The notes beneath the pieces are model-generated. The model had not been told where the DNA came from and did no database searches. It was given only the letters and a program-made list of their open reading frames with translations. This document shows positions 9,164-20,752 of a stretch of 64,000 bases of DNA, in pieces. The DNA is from an uncultured Verrucomicrobiae bacterium (GTDB lineage: Bacteria > Verrucomicrobiota > Verrucomicrobiia > Palsa-1439). Each line of letters opens with the position of its first letter. Within the stretch, counting starts at the first letter, position 1. The position numbers were made by a program, and so were the translations under genes. The stretch spans positions 768,001 to 832,000 of the forward strand of contig CAWEWF010000014.1 in the NCBI GenBank assembly GCA_963812605.1, in the 5' to 3' direction.

Positions 9164-11763
9164 GCCCGCGCCGCGACGAGTGTGGACGGGTTGCGCTCGG
9201 CCGGCCCCGGTCCGTGTAGTACCACCTCAAATCGCAGTTCGGCACAGACCCCACCATCGCGCGAGTGAATTTGCAGATCGCCGCGTAGATTCACTTGCGC
9301 CAATTGCGCCACGATATTCATCCCCTGCCCTTCGAATTCACGCCAGTCCTTGCCATCGCCAAGGCCACCGCCGTTGTCGGCCACCACCAAGTGCACCTGA
9401 CCTTCCTGCTGCCGGCATCGAATCTGGGTGCGCAACAGCTGTCCGACGGGAGGACGGCCATGAAGCAGAGTGTTGGAAACCAGTTCGTTGACAATCAGCG
9501 CCAGTGGTACGGCCTGGTCGGCCCCCAGCCACAACTGCTCTACCTCGACCGTCACCTCGGGCACTCCGCTTGTTCCCGGCGTGGAACTGACGAGCGTGTG
9601 GACAATGGTCGTGATTAACGTATGTAGGTCTACTTTCTCCGGCATCTCTTCGCTCAACAGGTTGTGCACTTGCGCAATTGCCTGGATTCGCGTAATCGCT
9701 GTCCGCAGGAATTCCGTTGTTGGTCCAACCTGGGCCGTGTCGGCTTCCAACTGCAATAATCCCGAGATCATCTGTAGGTTGTTCTTGATGCGGTGGTGCG
9801 CTTCCTCGATGAGCAACTGCAGAAGATGGTTCTTGCGGCCGAGATCCTTCAATAACTGCGCGTTGTCAATGGCCACAGCGGCCCGGCTCGCGAAAGCCTC
9901 CATGAGCTCGAGGTTGGCCGGCGTGAATTCCGCCGTGTCCGCGCCGTGCCTTGTCAGGCTCAGTGCGCCGATAAGTTCATTGCGGGAAATCAAGGGCACA
10001 ACCAGGGCCGAACGAACATCCGCCTCGCGCAGTACCGGACTATATCCATGCTCCACCACTTCCTGGCGCGTGAAGATTCGCCCCTGACGCCGCGGGCGAA
10101 TCTGCCCGAAGAGACCGAGTCTCGCCGGATACCGCATGCCGATGAGCCGCATGAAGTTGGCGCTGGCCGCGACGATCTGCGCCTGTTCGTCCGTCGCATC
10201 GTAATGGGAAATGTAGGCCGCGCCGGCCCCGAGCAGCGCCGCGGCGCGCTCCAGGATTCGTTGCAACAGTGGTTCCAGTTCAAGTTGCTGTGCGCTGCCA
10301 CTGCTGATATCCACCAGCGCGGTGAGCTTCTCGTTCTCACGGAGTTGCGTCTCGTACAACCTTGCGTTGGCCAGCGCGATGCCCAATTGGTTGCCCATGG
10401 CCGTGATCATCTCCACAACTTCAGGGGTAAACACAATCGGTTGGCGATTCACAAGCGCGAGTGTCCCCAGCAATTCCCCTTTCGCCTTCACCGGCACCAC
10501 GATGACCGCCCGGAAGCCGTGTGGCGCCGCCATCGATGGAACAGCGGGCGGGTGCACTGTCATGTCGCCGATCACCACCGCCTGTCCGGATGCCGCAACG
10601 TAGCCGGGCGTACCTTCGCCCCACTTCAGCACGCCGACTTCTTCGACAAACTTGTCGGGCAGTCCCATTTGCACGTACAGGCGCAGTTGCTGGATCTTCA
10701 GATCCGCGAGATAGATAGCGCCGCCATTCATGCCCGCGCTTTCCAAGGCGACCGCCAGGGTGTTGCGGGCAATCTCGTCGATATTCAGGGAAGAATTGGC
10801 CACCCCGGCCAATGCGGTGAGCGCCGCAAGCTGCCGATTGCGTCGGAGCAATTGCTGCTGACGCTGACGGGCCTGGGTAACGTCGCGGACGATGAACTGC
10901 AATTCGATCACGCGCTCTCCTTCACGTGAAAACACGCTGCCGCTGCACTGCAGGTCGATCCACAACCCATCCTTGCGATGAAACCGGTATTCGAGATTAT
11001 GAATGGCTTCCCCCCTCAGCAAGACGCTGAGTGCGCGCCTCACGGTCTCAATATCCTCCGGATGGATATATTCCAATAGACCCGTCCGCGCCACCTCGTA
11101 CAAGGCATAACCAAAGATCCGCGGAAAGGCGCTGTTGGCGAACCGCGGTCGTCCGGACGTGTCCGCGATATAGATCGCATCGTCGGAATTCTCGACCAGG
11201 GCCCGATATTGCTCTTCGCTCGCCCGCAGATCGGCCTGCAACTGCGCGTGGACCATCGCGTTGCCAATCTGGTTGCTGACCACTTCGATAAGATCCACGT
11301 CAGCCTCGTCGAACTTTCGCAACTTGTACGTGCCCAATCCCAGTAATCCAACCACGAACCCATGCGCCCGAATCGGCACCAGCACCGCCGAATGGAACCC
11401 GGCCCGCACGGCGTCGGAAGTGACCAGGCGCGCGTTCACAGTGAAGTCCTCAATGATCCGTGCCTCGCCATTCAGGACGGCATCGATGACCGGGGTGCCC
11501 TTGTGCAGCACGGTCACTTGACGGACGAACGCTTCGTTTAGCCCGCGCCACGCAAACATATGCAGAGCCTTGTCCGTGTCCTGCCAGATATACACCGCGC
11601 CCGCGTCCACTTTCATCACGGCCAGGATGGCATCGAGGGCATTGTCCGCAATTTCCTTGAGGTTGAGGGTGCGGTTGATGGCGTCGGCGACGAAATTGAT
11701 CGCCGTCAAGCGCGGGTCGCGCAAGGGCTTCGGCGGAGACGCGGTGGGATCAGGGAATTTCAT
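9160..11763 (-). CDS. Cytoplasmic GAF-PAS-GAF-GAF histidine kinase (HisKA_2; PdtaS/EutW-like)
   Basis: EAHHRIKNNLQ H-box, NELVSN N-box and DNGGG; three GAF-like units and one PAS (YRALVENSDDAI...IHPED); no transmembrane segment. Confidence 0.9.
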   Translation of the reverse strand: MKFPDPTASPPKPLRDPRLTAINFVADAINRTLNLKEIADNALDAILAVMKVDAGAVYIWQDTDKALHMFAWRGLNEAFVRQVTVLHKGTPVIDAVLNGEARIIEDFTVNARLVTSDAVRAGFHSAVLVPIRAHGFVVGLLGLGTYKLRKFDEADVDLIEVVSNQIGNAMVHAQLQADLRASEEQYRALVENSDDAIYIADTSGRPRFANSAFPRIFGYALYEVARTGLLEYIHPEDIETVRRALSVLLRGEAIHNLEYRFHRKDGLWIDLQCSGSVFSREGERVIELQFIVRDVTQARQRQQQLLRRNRQLAALTALAGVANSSLNIDEIARNTLAVALESAGMNGGAIYLADLKIQQLRLYVQMGLPDKFVEEVGVLKWGEGTPGYVAASGQAVVIGDMTVHPPAVPSMAAPHGFRAVIVVPVKAKGELLGTLALVNRQPIVFTPEVVEMITAMGNQLGIALANARLYETQLRENEKLTALVDISSGSAQQLELEPLLQRILERAAALLGAGAAYISHYDATDEQAQIVAASANFMRLIGMRYPARLGLFGQIRPRRQGRIFTRQEVVEHGYSPVLREADVRSALVVPLISRNELIGALSLTRHGADTAEFTPANLELMEAFASRAAVAIDNAQLLKDLGRKNHLLQLLIEEAHHRIKNNLQMISGLLQLEADTAQVGPTTEFLRTAITRIQAIAQVHNLLSEEMPEKVDLHTLITTIVHTLVSSTPGTSGVPEVTVEVEQLWLGADQAVPLALIVNELVSNTLLHGRPPVGQLLRTQIRCRQQEGQVHLVVADNGGGLGDGKDWREFEGQGMNIVAQLAQVNLRGDLQIHSRDGGVCAELRFEVVLHGPGPAERNPSTLVAARA

Positions 11764-11841
11764 CGCAGCCGACCACACGACTACCTATAGCAGAAAAGCA
11801 GTGTCTTTTCACCAACTTCTCTTGATAGTATGGGATACCAT

Positions 11842-12222
11842 ATGAGCAATCCCGACAAACTGGAAGAGATTTTTCGCCTGCAGGAGCAACTCAACAAACG
11901 CATCGGCGTGGATACCGCCAACATGACTGACGAACAGCGCCAGCACTGGGTTCTCAACTATTGCCGCGCCATGACGCAGGAGGTCGCCGAATTGACGGAT
12001 AGCGTCCCGTGGAAGTGGTGGGCCAAGTACCAGAAGTTCGACAAACAGAATGCCCGTGTCGAAGTCATCGACCTCTTGCATTTTCTTGTTTCCATCGCCC
12101 AGGTCCTTGAGATGACCCCCGCTGACTTCTCAGAAGCATACGCCAAGAAACACCAGGTCAATCTCGCCCGACAGGACAGCGGCTATCAGATCAAAGACGA
12201 ACACGACAGCAAACACATTTGA
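11842..12222 (+). CDS. Dimeric all-alpha dUTPase family protein
   Basis: E..EL.D...WKWW...EVIDLLHF...Y..K..VN..RQ..GY motifs. Confidence 0.85.
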   Translation: MSNPDKLEEIFRLQEQLNKRIGVDTANMTDEQRQHWVLNYCRAMTQEVAELTDSVPWKWWAKYQKFDKQNARVEVIDLLHFLVSIAQVLEMTPADFSEAYAKKHQVNLARQDSGYQIKDEHDSKHI

Positions 12223-12306
12223 GGGAATCGCGCGTCGTGCTTGGAAATGACAACGGCTTCCCTTTTGAGGAAGCCGTGTCGGCGGTAATTCTTGCCTAAA
12301 AGCGTC

Positions 12307-12784
12307 CTAGGACTCCGCAGCGCCTTCTTTCTTCTTGCTGGGCGCCTTCTTTCGCCTTGGGAGCCTTCGCTTCTTTCGCCTTCGGCTCCTCGGTCTTGCC
12401 ACCCTTCTCCGGCTCGGGCGCGGCGGTAACGGTGCCGGTCCACTCGAGAATGGCTATCTCGGCGGCGTCACCCATGCGCTGGCCGATGCGCACGATGCGT
12501 GTATAGCCGCCGTTGCGATCGCCGTGCTGTTTCCCAAGCTCCGCAAAGAGCTTCTCGACGGCAGGCTTGTGCCGCAGAAACGCGATGGCCTGGCGACGGT
12601 GATGTAGCGAGCCTTTCTTGGCGAGCGTGATCATCTTGTCGGCATAACGACGCGCAACCTTGGCTTTGGCAATCGTGGTCCGGATCCGGCTGTGTTCAAT
12701 CAGGCTGCACACCAGGTTGGCCAGGGTGGCGCGCCGATGCTGGGATTTCATCCCGAGCTTGGCTGTACGTTTACGATGTCGCAT
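12307..12784 (-). CDS. rplQ: 50S ribosomal protein L17 with long C-terminal tail; probable 1-nt insertion near 12350
   Basis: MRHRK...RNGGYTRI..GDAA; removing one A gives the tail AKKAPSKKKEGAAES* ending at 12307. Confidence 0.95.
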
Positions 12785-12814
12785 GGCGTTGGGTCCCTTG
12801 TGTCAATCTGACGG

Positions 12815-13864
12815 TTATTCCATCGCCGGTGCCGGGCCGGAAAGTACGGCCTCCACGCCCTTGTTTGGATCCACTGCCTCAAGCAGGGCCGCGTCGAACT
12901 TCATGCCCAGCGTCAGGCCCAGCGCGGAGAGCTTCTCCTTGATCTCATTCAGCGATTTCTTGCCGAAGTTGCGGTACTTGAGCATTTCCTGCTCGCTCTT
13001 CATGGCCAATTGACCAACGGTGGTGATGTTGGCATTGTTCAGGCAGTTGGCCGCCCGCACACTGAGCTCAATCTCGTTGACGCTCATGTTCAGGACCTTC
13101 TTCAGCTTCGCCTGTTCGGCGCTGACCTTCTCGCCCGCCTCTTCGAATTCAATCACAACGTTCTTGTCATAATCACAAAAGACGTCGAGATGATGGCGCA
13201 GGATGTTCGTCGATTGCACCATGGCATCTTCGGGGGTGATGCGGCCATCGGTCCAGACTTCGATGATCAACTTGTCATAATCCGTGCGCTGGCCAACACG
13301 CGTGTCTTCAATACTGTAGCGCACGCGACGCACCGGTGAAAATAACGAGTCGATGGCGATCACGCCGATCGTCTGTTCGGCCTTCTTGTTCTCTTCCGCC
13401 GGGCAAAAACCACGGCCGACTTTGATCTCCAGCTCGGCTTCGAAGTGCATCTTCTTGTCGATGGTGCAGATATGCTGCTCGGGATTGAGTACTTCCACGA
13501 CCTGGTCGCTTTTGATGTCCGCCGCCGTCACGGCGCCTTCCTTGTTGGCCGAAAGATAGACCACGTGCGCTTCGCGGCTGTGGGACTTCAACAACACCCT
13601 CTTCAGGTTAAGCACAATGTCGGTCACATCCTCAACGACCCCGGGAATGCTCGTGAACTCGTGCGGCGCGCCTTCGATTTTAACGGAACTGACGGCGGCG
13701 CCTTCCAACGAACTAAGCAGCACGCGGCGCAGCGAGTTGCCAATGGTATGGCCGTAGCCGGCTTCGAGCGGTTCGGCGATGAACTTGGCGTATGTGGGCG
13801 TGGCGGTGGCGTCATCGCGCACCAACCGTTTGGGCATTTCAAAACGACCTAGACGAACTGGCAT
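12815..13864 (-). CDS. rpoA: RNA polymerase subunit alpha
   Basis: EPLE.GYGHTIGNSLRRVLLSS, ELSVRAANCL and RNFGKKSLNEI motifs. Confidence 0.99.
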   Translation of the reverse strand: MPVRLGRFEMPKRLVRDDATATPTYAKFIAEPLEAGYGHTIGNSLRRVLLSSLEGAAVSSVKIEGAPHEFTSIPGVVEDVTDIVLNLKRVLLKSHSREAHVVYLSANKEGAVTAADIKSDQVVEVLNPEQHICTIDKKMHFEAELEIKVGRGFCPAEENKKAEQTIGVIAIDSLFSPVRRVRYSIEDTRVGQRTDYDKLIIEVWTDGRITPEDAMVQSTNILRHHLDVFCDYDKNVVIEFEEAGEKVSAEQAKLKKVLNMSVNEIELSVRAANCLNNANITTVGQLAMKSEQEMLKYRNFGKKSLNEIKEKLSALGLTLGMKFDAALLEAVDPNKGVEAVLSGPAPAME

Positions 13865-13957
13865 GGTGAACTTCCTCCTGTGAGTCGGGTTTCCCGCGCC
13901 CTAGAAACGCGGACCAACGACTCGTTGTTGCGTCCGTTAAGCGGACGCCGGTTCTGG

Positions 13958-14569
13958 TTATCTAGAATAAAATTCGACGATCAACTGTTCGTTAACGATT
14001 GGCTGAATGTCATCCCGTGATGGAATGCGAACAACCTGTCCTTTGAAGGCATCCCGGGTAAAATTGATCCAACTGGGCACGGGACGCACCTGCGCTGACT
14101 CCAAACTCTTCGTGGCCAATTGGCGGGTGGCAGGGGTTTCACGGACCTCAATCACATCGCCCGGTTTCACATTGAATGACGGGGACGATACCTTGCGGCC
14201 GTTTACGCGAATGTGGCCATGGGTGACCATCTGCCGGGCCGCGGGGCGCGTCGTTGCAAAACCGATGCGAAAAACGACGTTGTCGAGACGTGTTTCGAGC
14301 AACTGGAGCAGCGTTTCTCCTGTAACACCCCGTTTTTTCAGCGCTTTTTCGAACATGCGGCGGAATTGCGCCTCCATCAGTCCGTATTGGTAACGCAACT
14401 TTTGCTTCTCCGCCAAACCCAGGCCGTAATCGCTCTGCTTGCGACGTGACTTTTTCGGCCCATGCACACCGGGTGGATACGCGCGGCGCTCCAGGTACTT
14501 CGATGGGCCGAATATCGGTTGACCGAATCGGCGGCTGATGCGAACTCGTGGTCCTTTATATCGTGCCAT
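13958..14569 (-). CDS. rpsD: 30S ribosomal protein S4
   Basis: MARYKGP...LETRLDNVV...VEFYSR. Confidence 0.99.
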   Translation of the reverse strand: MARYKGPRVRISRRFGQPIFGPSKYLERRAYPPGVHGPKKSRRKQSDYGLGLAEKQKLRYQYGLMEAQFRRMFEKALKKRGVTGETLLQLLETRLDNVVFRIGFATTRPAARQMVTHGHIRVNGRKVSSPSFNVKPGDVIEVRETPATRQLATKSLESAQVRPVPSWINFTRDAFKGQVVRIPSRDDIQPIVNEQLIVEFYSR

Positions 14570-14587
14570 GGTAACGAAATCTCCTGC

Positions 14588-15139
14588 TTAGACGCGGCGG
14601 CGCTTCGGCGGCCGACAGCCGTTGTGTGGGACCGGCGTTACGTCCTTGATTACTGTGATCTCCAAGCCGATGGCCTGCAGCGCGCGGATCGCGGCTTCAC
14701 GTCCGGTCCCAGGCCCTTTTACCCATACCTCAATTTCCTTCAGTCCATGCGCCATCCCCTGCCGCGCAGCGTCCTGCGCCACCAATTGCGCCGCATACGC
14801 CGTGCTTTTGCGGGAGCCTTTGAAGCCGACACGACCCGCGCTCGACCATCCGATCACCTTGCCCTTGAGATCGGTAATCGACACCACCGTGTTGTTGAAT
14901 GTCGCCATAATGTGGGCGATGCCCTGAAAGACATTCTTACTGTGCTTGGCCTTGACGACCTTCTTGGCCACTTCGCCTTCCGCCAGCGCCTCGGCAGCCG
15001 TCGTCGGCACCGTGGACACTACAGGCGCGGCAACGGCTCCCGTCGCCTCGGCCTTCGGCGCGGGGGCGCCGGCCTCGACAGCGGGGGCCGCGGATTTCGC
15101 TTTTGGTTCTTCAGGTTTCTTTTGTGCTTCTTTAGCCAT
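14588..15139 (-). CDS. rpsK: 30S ribosomal protein S11 with long N-terminal extension
   Basis: [14 protein letters not shown] and [13 protein letters not shown]; ~55 aa Ala/Pro/Glu/Lys-rich N-tail. Confidence 0.98.
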   Translation of the reverse strand: MAKEAQKKPEEPKAKSAAPAVEAGAPAPKAEATGAVAAPVVSTVPTTAAEALAEGEVAKKVVKAKHSKNVFQGIAHIMATFNNTVVSITDLKGKVIGWSSAGRVGFKGSRKSTAYAAQLVAQDAARQGMAHGLKEIEVWVKGPGTGREAAIRALQAIGLEITVIKDVTPVPHNGCRPPKRRRV

Positions 15140-15165
15140 CGGGCTCCTTCAAATTGGCACCACGA

Positions 15166-15558
15166 TCAGGCCTTGGGGGCCGACTTGGATTCCTTGGCGC
15201 GAACAACGCCGACCGTCTTGCGCGGTCCTTTGCGTGTGCGCGCGTTCGTCGATGTGCGCTGACCGCGTACCGGCAGGCCCTTCTTGTGGCGCGTGCCGCG
15301 GTAACAATTAATGCTCATCAACCGTTTGATATTGGTCTGTAACTCCCGGCGCAGGTCGCCTTCGATTCGATAGGTCTGCAGCACGGTCGACAAGTGCGAA
15401 AGCTGTTCGTCATTCAAGTCCTTCGACCGAACGTTCGGATCAACCTTCGCCTTGTCGCACACCTGCAGCGCGGTCGTTGGACCGATTCCGTAAATGTAAC
15501 GGAGAGCGATCCCGATTTTCTTTTGGTCCGGTACTTCCACACCGATCAAACGTGCCAT
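15166..15558 (-). CDS. rpsM: 30S ribosomal protein S13
   Basis: IYGIG and [17 protein letters not shown] motifs. Confidence 0.99.
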   Translation of the reverse strand: MARLIGVEVPDQKKIGIALRYIYGIGPTTALQVCDKAKVDPNVRSKDLNDEQLSHLSTVLQTYRIEGDLRRELQTNIKRLMSINCYRGTRHKKGLPVRGQRTSTNARTRKGPRKTVGVVRAKESKSAPKA

Positions 15559-15568
15559 AGCTACACCT

Positions 15569-15682
15569 CTACCCTTGACGCTGTTTGTGACGCGGATTGG
15601 TGCAAATGACGCGCACCACTCCTTTGCGCCGCACGACTTTGCAGCGCTCGCACAACCGCTTCACCGAAGGTTTGACTTTCAT
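15569..15682 (-). CDS. rpmJ: 50S ribosomal protein L36 (Zn-binding type)
   Basis: Manual translation [37 protein letters not shown]. Confidence 0.97.
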   Translation of the reverse strand: MKVKPSVKRLCERCKVVRRKGVVRVICTNPRHKQRQG

Positions 15683-15707
15683 AGTTCTCTTGTTTCCTTA
15701 CCGCTCG

Positions 15708-15923
15708 TTACTGCCGAAATGTAATCCGGCCCTTGCCCAAATCGTACGGTGACATCTCAATCATCACCTTGTCGCCCGGCAGCAGCCGAATGAAATGCAG
15801 CCGCATCTTACCTGAAATGTGCGCCAAAATTCGATGTTTATTCGGCAACTCCACCCGAAACATCGTGTTCGGCAACAATTCGACTACCGTGCCTTCGACT
15901 CGTATGGGCTCTTCCTTAGCCAC
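15708..15923 (-). CDS. infA: Translation initiation factor IF-1
   Basis: GTG start; [10 protein letters not shown]...LPNTMFRV...ISGKMR...SPYDL.KGRI. Confidence 0.97.
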   Translation of the reverse strand: MAKEEPIRVEGTVVELLPNTMFRVELPNKHRILAHISGKMRLHFIRLLPGDKVMIEMSPYDLGKGRITFRQ

Positions 15924-16660
15924 GTCAAAATCTCTGCATCTCCGTCCGTTACGAGTACCGTGTGCTCGAAGTGCGCGCTGGGCGCCCCGTCGGCAGACAC
16001 CACGGTCCAACCATCACTCAACATCACCACATCGCTCGTGCCGGCGTTGATCATCGGCTCGATCGCCAGCGTCATTCCCGCCTTCAACTTCGGCCCGTCC
16101 CCGGACCGGCCGTAGTTCGGAATCTGCGGCTCTTCGTGCATTTTCCGTCCCACGCCATGACCGACAAACTCACGCACCACCGAAAACCCGTGCGACTCTA
16201 CCATCGTCTGCACCGCGTACGAGATGTCGCCCACCCGATTCCCCGCCCGCGCCGCCGCGATGCCGGCCTGCAACGCCCGTTGCGTCACCTGTAACAACTG
16301 CTGTGTTCGCGCCTCGACAACGCCGACGGCCACTGTCGTCGCATTATCACCGACAAATCCATCCAAAATGATGCCGATATCGAGACTGACAATGTCACCA
16401 TACTGCACGCGCCGCTTGCTCGGGATGCCGTGCACGACTTCCTCGTTCACGGAAACGCAAATGTGCCCCGGATACCCTTTGTATCCAAGGAACGGGCTTT
16501 TGCCCCCGACCTTCGCGATCAATGCCGCCGCAACGTCATTCAATTCCGCGGTCGTGCGTCCGGGTTGAACCTCCCGTGCCACCGCAGCCAGCGTCTCCGC
16601 CGCCGCGTTGCAGGCGGCCCGCATCCTTTCAATCTCTTCTGGCGTCTTGATCACGATCAC
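15884..16660 (-). CDS. map: Type I methionine aminopeptidase
   Basis: [30 protein letters not shown] and SAHFEHT motifs. Confidence 0.97.
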   Translation of the reverse strand: MIVIKTPEEIERMRAACNAAAETLAAVAREVQPGRTTAELNDVAAALIAKVGGKSPFLGYKGYPGHICVSVNEEVVHGIPSKRRVQYGDIVSLDIGIILDGFVGDNATTVAVGVVEARTQQLLQVTQRALQAGIAAARAGNRVGDISYAVQTMVESHGFSVVREFVGHGVGRKMHEEPQIPNYGRSGDGPKLKAGMTLAIEPMINAGTSDVVMLSDGWTVVSADGAPSAHFEHTVLVTDGDAEILTWLRKSPYESKAR

Positions 16661-17320
16661 GTCGGCAGCAATCCCACAATGTCCGCAAGCACCTTGTCCT
16701 TGGCCTGGCCACCGTCCACGCGCTTCAGGACCCCCGCCCGCTCGTAGTACTTTACCACATCCAGGGTCAACTCGCGGTAGACATCCAGCCGCTTCCGCAC
16801 CGTTTCAGCCGTATCGTCCGCGCGCTGGGTAAGCTGGCCGCCACATTTGTCGCAAATCCCCGCGCGTTGTGGCGGCACAAACTCGCTATGATACAGGCCG
16901 CCGCATTTTTCACAACTCAGCCGGCCGAGCACTCGCCGCACAATGTCGGCCTCCCGGACATCAAGCAGGATGGCAACCGTGACGGGCATCCCTTTCTCGC
17001 CCAGCACACGGTCAAATGCCTCCGCCTGGGCTCGAGTTCGCGGAAATCCATCGAAGATGAAACCGCCCTCCCGGCCATGTTCGTCCAGCCAAAGCCGTAC
17101 GACTTCAATCGTGATTTTGTCAGGCACCAACTGCCCTTTGTCAATGAACTGCTTCGCCGCTTCACCCACCGGCCCACCTTTGCGAATCGCCTCGCGGAAC
17201 ATCTGTCCCGTCGAGACGTGCGGCAGGCCATACACCGTACTGAGCGCGGCCGCCGCCGTGCCCTTGCCCGATGCCGGGCGGTCCCAAAAATACCAGGCGC
17301 TGGTGACCCACGTCAGTCAC
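16657..17320 (-). CDS. adk: Adenylate kinase (Zn-LID type); apparent +1 frameshift near 17278
   Basis: P-loop GPPASGKGT restored by removing one C; STG.MFR, DGFPRT, CxxC..CxxC LID and QRADD. Confidence 0.93.
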
Positions 17321-17333
17321 CCTCTTACCGCCG

Positions 17334-18678
17334 TTAGAGGCGACCCCGCAATTTGCCTTTGCGCAAAAAACCATCGTAGTGACGCATCACCAGATGCGAC
17401 TCGACCTGGCGCATCGTATCCAACATCACGCCGACCGTAATCAACAAACTCGTTCCGCCAAAAAAACTCGCCGTCAAATACGGCAGCCGAAAATCGTGTG
17501 ACAAAATGTAAGGAATCACCGCAATGACCGTCAAGAAGACCGCGCCGGCCAACGTGATGCGTGTCATCGTATGATCCAGGTATTCCGCTGTCGGCCAGCC
17601 CGCAGATCCCCGGCACGTAGCCACCGTACCGCTTTAAATCGTCCGCGATTTGCAGCGGATTGAATTGCGTGGCCACCCAAAAATACGAGAAGAACAAAAT
17701 CATCGTGCCGTAAATCGTGAGATAGAGCACCTCGCCTTCCGTCAAGGCGCGTGACAGCTTCTGAAATGTCGGCATTTGCAACATGGAAAACAATTTCGCG
17801 GGGAAAAGCAAAATCGCCTGGGCGAAAATAATGGGCATGACACCTGAATAGTTGATTTTCAAGGGCATAAAGGTCTGCCCGCCGCCCAGCATCTTGCGCC
17901 CCACCATTCGCTTTGCATATTGGACGGGAATCTTCCGCTCCGCTTCGGTCACCGCAATGACGGCGGCGGTCACCGTGACCGCCATGACCAGGAGCAAAAT
18001 CGCATGGAGTGCATTAAACTGGCTTTGGGGTCCGATAAACAAACGCCACGTAAGACCGATTGCCCGCGGCAAACGATCGACAATACCCACGGTGATAATG
18101 ATCGACATCCCGTTGCCAATCCCGCGCTCCGTGATTTGCTCGCCCACCCACATCAGCAAAACCGTCCCACTGGTAATCGTAATGACTGTTAAGATCTCAA
18201 AGCCCAGTCCGGGATGGGCCACCAGTACACCCCGGAAGCCTTGAAAAAGTTGCCCCGGGTTTTCGAACATCCTCGCCAAAAACCAGCTCTGGACAATGCA
18301 AAGGGCGACGGTCATATAGCGCGAGTACTGGATGATTTTTGCGCGACCGGTCTCACCCTCCTGCTTGAGGCGTTCCAACGATGGCATCACTGCCGTCAGC
18401 AGCATCATGATGATCGAGGCGCTGATATACGGCATGACGCCAAGGGCGAAGACAGCGCATTGTTGCAGCGCGCCACCGGTCAGCATGTCCGCCAATCCAA
18501 CGATGCTGCCGCCCACTTGCTTTTGCACGTCCGCCATGTAGACGTTCAATTCGGTGGGATTTACGCCCGGGCAGGGAATATTCGCGCCGAGTCGCGCAAT
18601 CGCAACCATGCCGAGCGTAAAGAGAATCCGTCGACGCAGTTCGGGGATTTTCCAGCAGTTGAGGAACGCGGAGAACAT
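17334..18678 (-). CDS. secY: Preprotein translocase SecY; apparent frameshift near 17605
   Basis: LGVMPYISASII, ITERGIGNG.S and GVMPIIFA; C-terminus FFGGTSLLITVGV..DT lies in another frame. Confidence 0.96.
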
Positions 18679-18698
18679 ACGTGGTCAACAATCGCCCG

Positions 18699-19214
18699 CT
18701 ACTTGTCCCCCGCGGGTGGCTTCGCCGCGGCCGCTGGCACGACCGCTTCCTTATGGTGAATGCTGCGCAGCGGCAGATCTTCACACTGGCCGCCCGCTTT
18801 CGTGATTTTTTCGCGCGCTGCTGCGCTGAAGCGTTGGGCTTTCACCGTCAACTTCTTCTTCAACTCACCATTGCCGAGCACCTTCACGCCTTCAAACAGT
18901 TTGTCAGCAAGACCGGCCTCCGTGAGCGCTTCCGGTGTGACCGTCGCGCCGTTATCGAATGCGTTGAGCTGCTCGACGTTGACGATCGCGTAAATCGTCC
19001 GAAAGTTGGCGTTGTTAAAGCCCCGCTTCGGAATTCGGCGCAGCAAGGGCATCTGGCCACCTTCGAACCCAAGCCGAATCGAACCGCCAGAGCGCGCGGT
19101 CTGGCCTTTGCCGCCCCGGCCGCTCGTCTTGCCGTGTCCCGAACTCTCGCCGATGCCCAGGCGCTTCGTCCGGTGCTTCGCACCGGGCCGCGGCTTCAAA
19201 TTGTGCAATCGCAT
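18699..19214 (-). CDS. rplO: 50S ribosomal protein L15
   Basis: [16 protein letters not shown] and [16 protein letters not shown] motifs. Confidence 0.97.
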   Translation of the reverse strand: MRLHNLKPRPGAKHRTKRLGIGESSGHGKTSGRGGKGQTARSGGSIRLGFEGGQMPLLRRIPKRGFNNANFRTIYAIVNVEQLNAFDNGATVTPEALTEAGLADKLFEGVKVLGNGELKKKLTVKAQRFSAAAREKITKAGGQCEDLPLRSIHHKEAVVPAAAAKPPAGDK

Positions 19215-19221
19215 CGTCATC

Positions 19222-19815
19222 TTAGCTGACCCCCGCGGCCGCTTGTCTCGCCAAACCACGCACGCGGAAAATCTCTTCCCGTGGACGCAACTGCAACAGC
19301 GCATCGATCGTCGCCTTCACTACGTTCACGGCATTGCTCGAACCCAGCGATTTCGTCAACACATCCCGGACCCCGGCGGCTTCGATGACCGCACGCACGC
19401 CGCCGCCCGCGATGACGCCCGTGCCCGGCGACGCGGGACGCAGCAACACGCGACCGCCGCCAAACACGCCAAGTACTTCGTGCGGAATCGTCGAGTTTCT
19501 TCGATTGATCGACACCATGGATTTCTTCGCCTGATCGGTGCCCTTGCGGATGGCATCCGCGACTTCATTGGCTTTGCCGAAGCCCCAGCCCACGTGACCG
19601 CGACGGTCGCCCGCGACCACCAGGGCGCTAAAATGAAAACGGCGCCCGCCTTTGACGACCTTGGCGCTGCGGTTGACATAGACAACCTTCTCAATGATCT
19701 CGCCGCCCCCGCGTTCGAGTTCGACACCCAATTCCTCAACGACCGCCACGGGCAAGCCGTCCTTGTCCTTGGGAGCTATCGGTTTTGCAATCTTCGGTCT
19801 CTTGTCAGGTGCCAT
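19222..19815 (-). CDS. rpsE: 30S ribosomal protein S5
   Basis: [14 protein letters not shown] and [12 protein letters not shown] motifs. Confidence 0.98.
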   Translation of the reverse strand: MAPDKRPKIAKPIAPKDKDGLPVAVVEELGVELERGGGEIIEKVVYVNRSAKVVKGGRRFHFSALVVAGDRRGHVGWGFGKANEVADAIRKGTDQAKKSMVSINRRNSTIPHEVLGVFGGGRVLLRPASPGTGVIAGGGVRAVIEAAGVRDVLTKSLGSSNAVNVVKATIDALLQLRPREEIFRVRGLARQAAAGVS

Positions 19816-19816
19816 A

Positions 19817-20173
19817 TTAGAATTTCAATCCTGCTTCGCGCGCCGCGTCCGCCAACGCCTTGACACGCCCGTGATACCGCAACCCACCGCGGTCGAAAAC
19901 GACCTCGGTGATCTTTTTCGCCTTGGCGTTTTCCGCAGCCAGTTGCCCAACCTTCTTCGCGCCCTCGACCGTGCCCTTCGCGCCCTTCAACTCCGTCGCC
20001 ACCGTGCTGGCAGCGGCCAGGGTCACGCGCTTGACGTCGTCGATAAATTGGACGTAGATGTGCTTGCTCGTAACGCAAACGCTCATCCGCGGCCGTTGCG
20101 CCGTGCCCCGGATCTTCTGCCGCAACCGCAGATGTCGGCGTTGTCGTGCTTCAACTCTGTTTCTTGGAATCAT
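19817..20173 (-). CDS. rplR: 50S ribosomal protein L18
   Basis: RPR.SV...HIYVQ and VFDRGG..YHGRV...REAGLKF motifs. Confidence 0.98.
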   Translation of the reverse strand: MIPRNRVEARQRRHLRLRQKIRGTAQRPRMSVCVTSKHIYVQFIDDVKRVTLAAASTVATELKGAKGTVEGAKKVGQLAAENAKAKKITEVVFDRGGLRYHGRVKALADAAREAGLKF

Positions 20174-20187
20174 GCTCTTACACCCAA

Positions 20188-20746
20188 TTAGCCCGCCGTG
20201 GTGACGGTCTTCCCCGCCTTGCGGCGCACTTGCTCGCCGACATAGCGGATACCCTTGCCCTTGTACGGCTCGGGCGGATAGAAGCGCCGAATGCGCGCCG
20301 CCACCTCGCCGACCATCTGTTTGTCCGGACCTTCAATCGTAATCTCCGGTTTCTTGTCCGCGGTGTCCGCCACCGAAACCTTCACACCCTTCGGAATCGC
20401 GAAGACGATCGGATGCGAATAACCGAGGGACATCTGCAAATTCGTTCCCTGCACGGCCGCGCGGAAGCCCACGCCCTCCACATGCAGTTTCTTCATGTAA
20501 CCTTCGTTGACGCCCTTGACCATGTTGGCGATCAAACTCCGCGACAATCCCCAACGGGACTTGCCGACACGGTCAAGCTGCGCCGTGGTCACGATAACCT
20601 TGCCGTCTTTCACTTCGATTTTGATCGGCGAGGGCACGATCCACTCCAACTTGCCCTTCGGCCCTTCGACATGAGATCGCCTGGCCCTTCACCTCGACCT
20701 TGGTCTTGGCCGTGATCTCAACAGGTTTTTTGCCAATCCGTGACAT
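20188..20746 (-). CDS. rplF: 50S ribosomal protein L6; apparent +1 frameshift near 20672
   Basis: MSRIGKKPV start at 20746; GPKGKL and [11 protein letters not shown] lie in the shifted frame. Confidence 0.95.
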
Positions 20747-20752
20747 AATGCA

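Noticed and set aside
15884-15923. 40-nt map/infA overlap
   Set aside because: Both genes are intact; this is a short C-terminal run-on with no sign of special function
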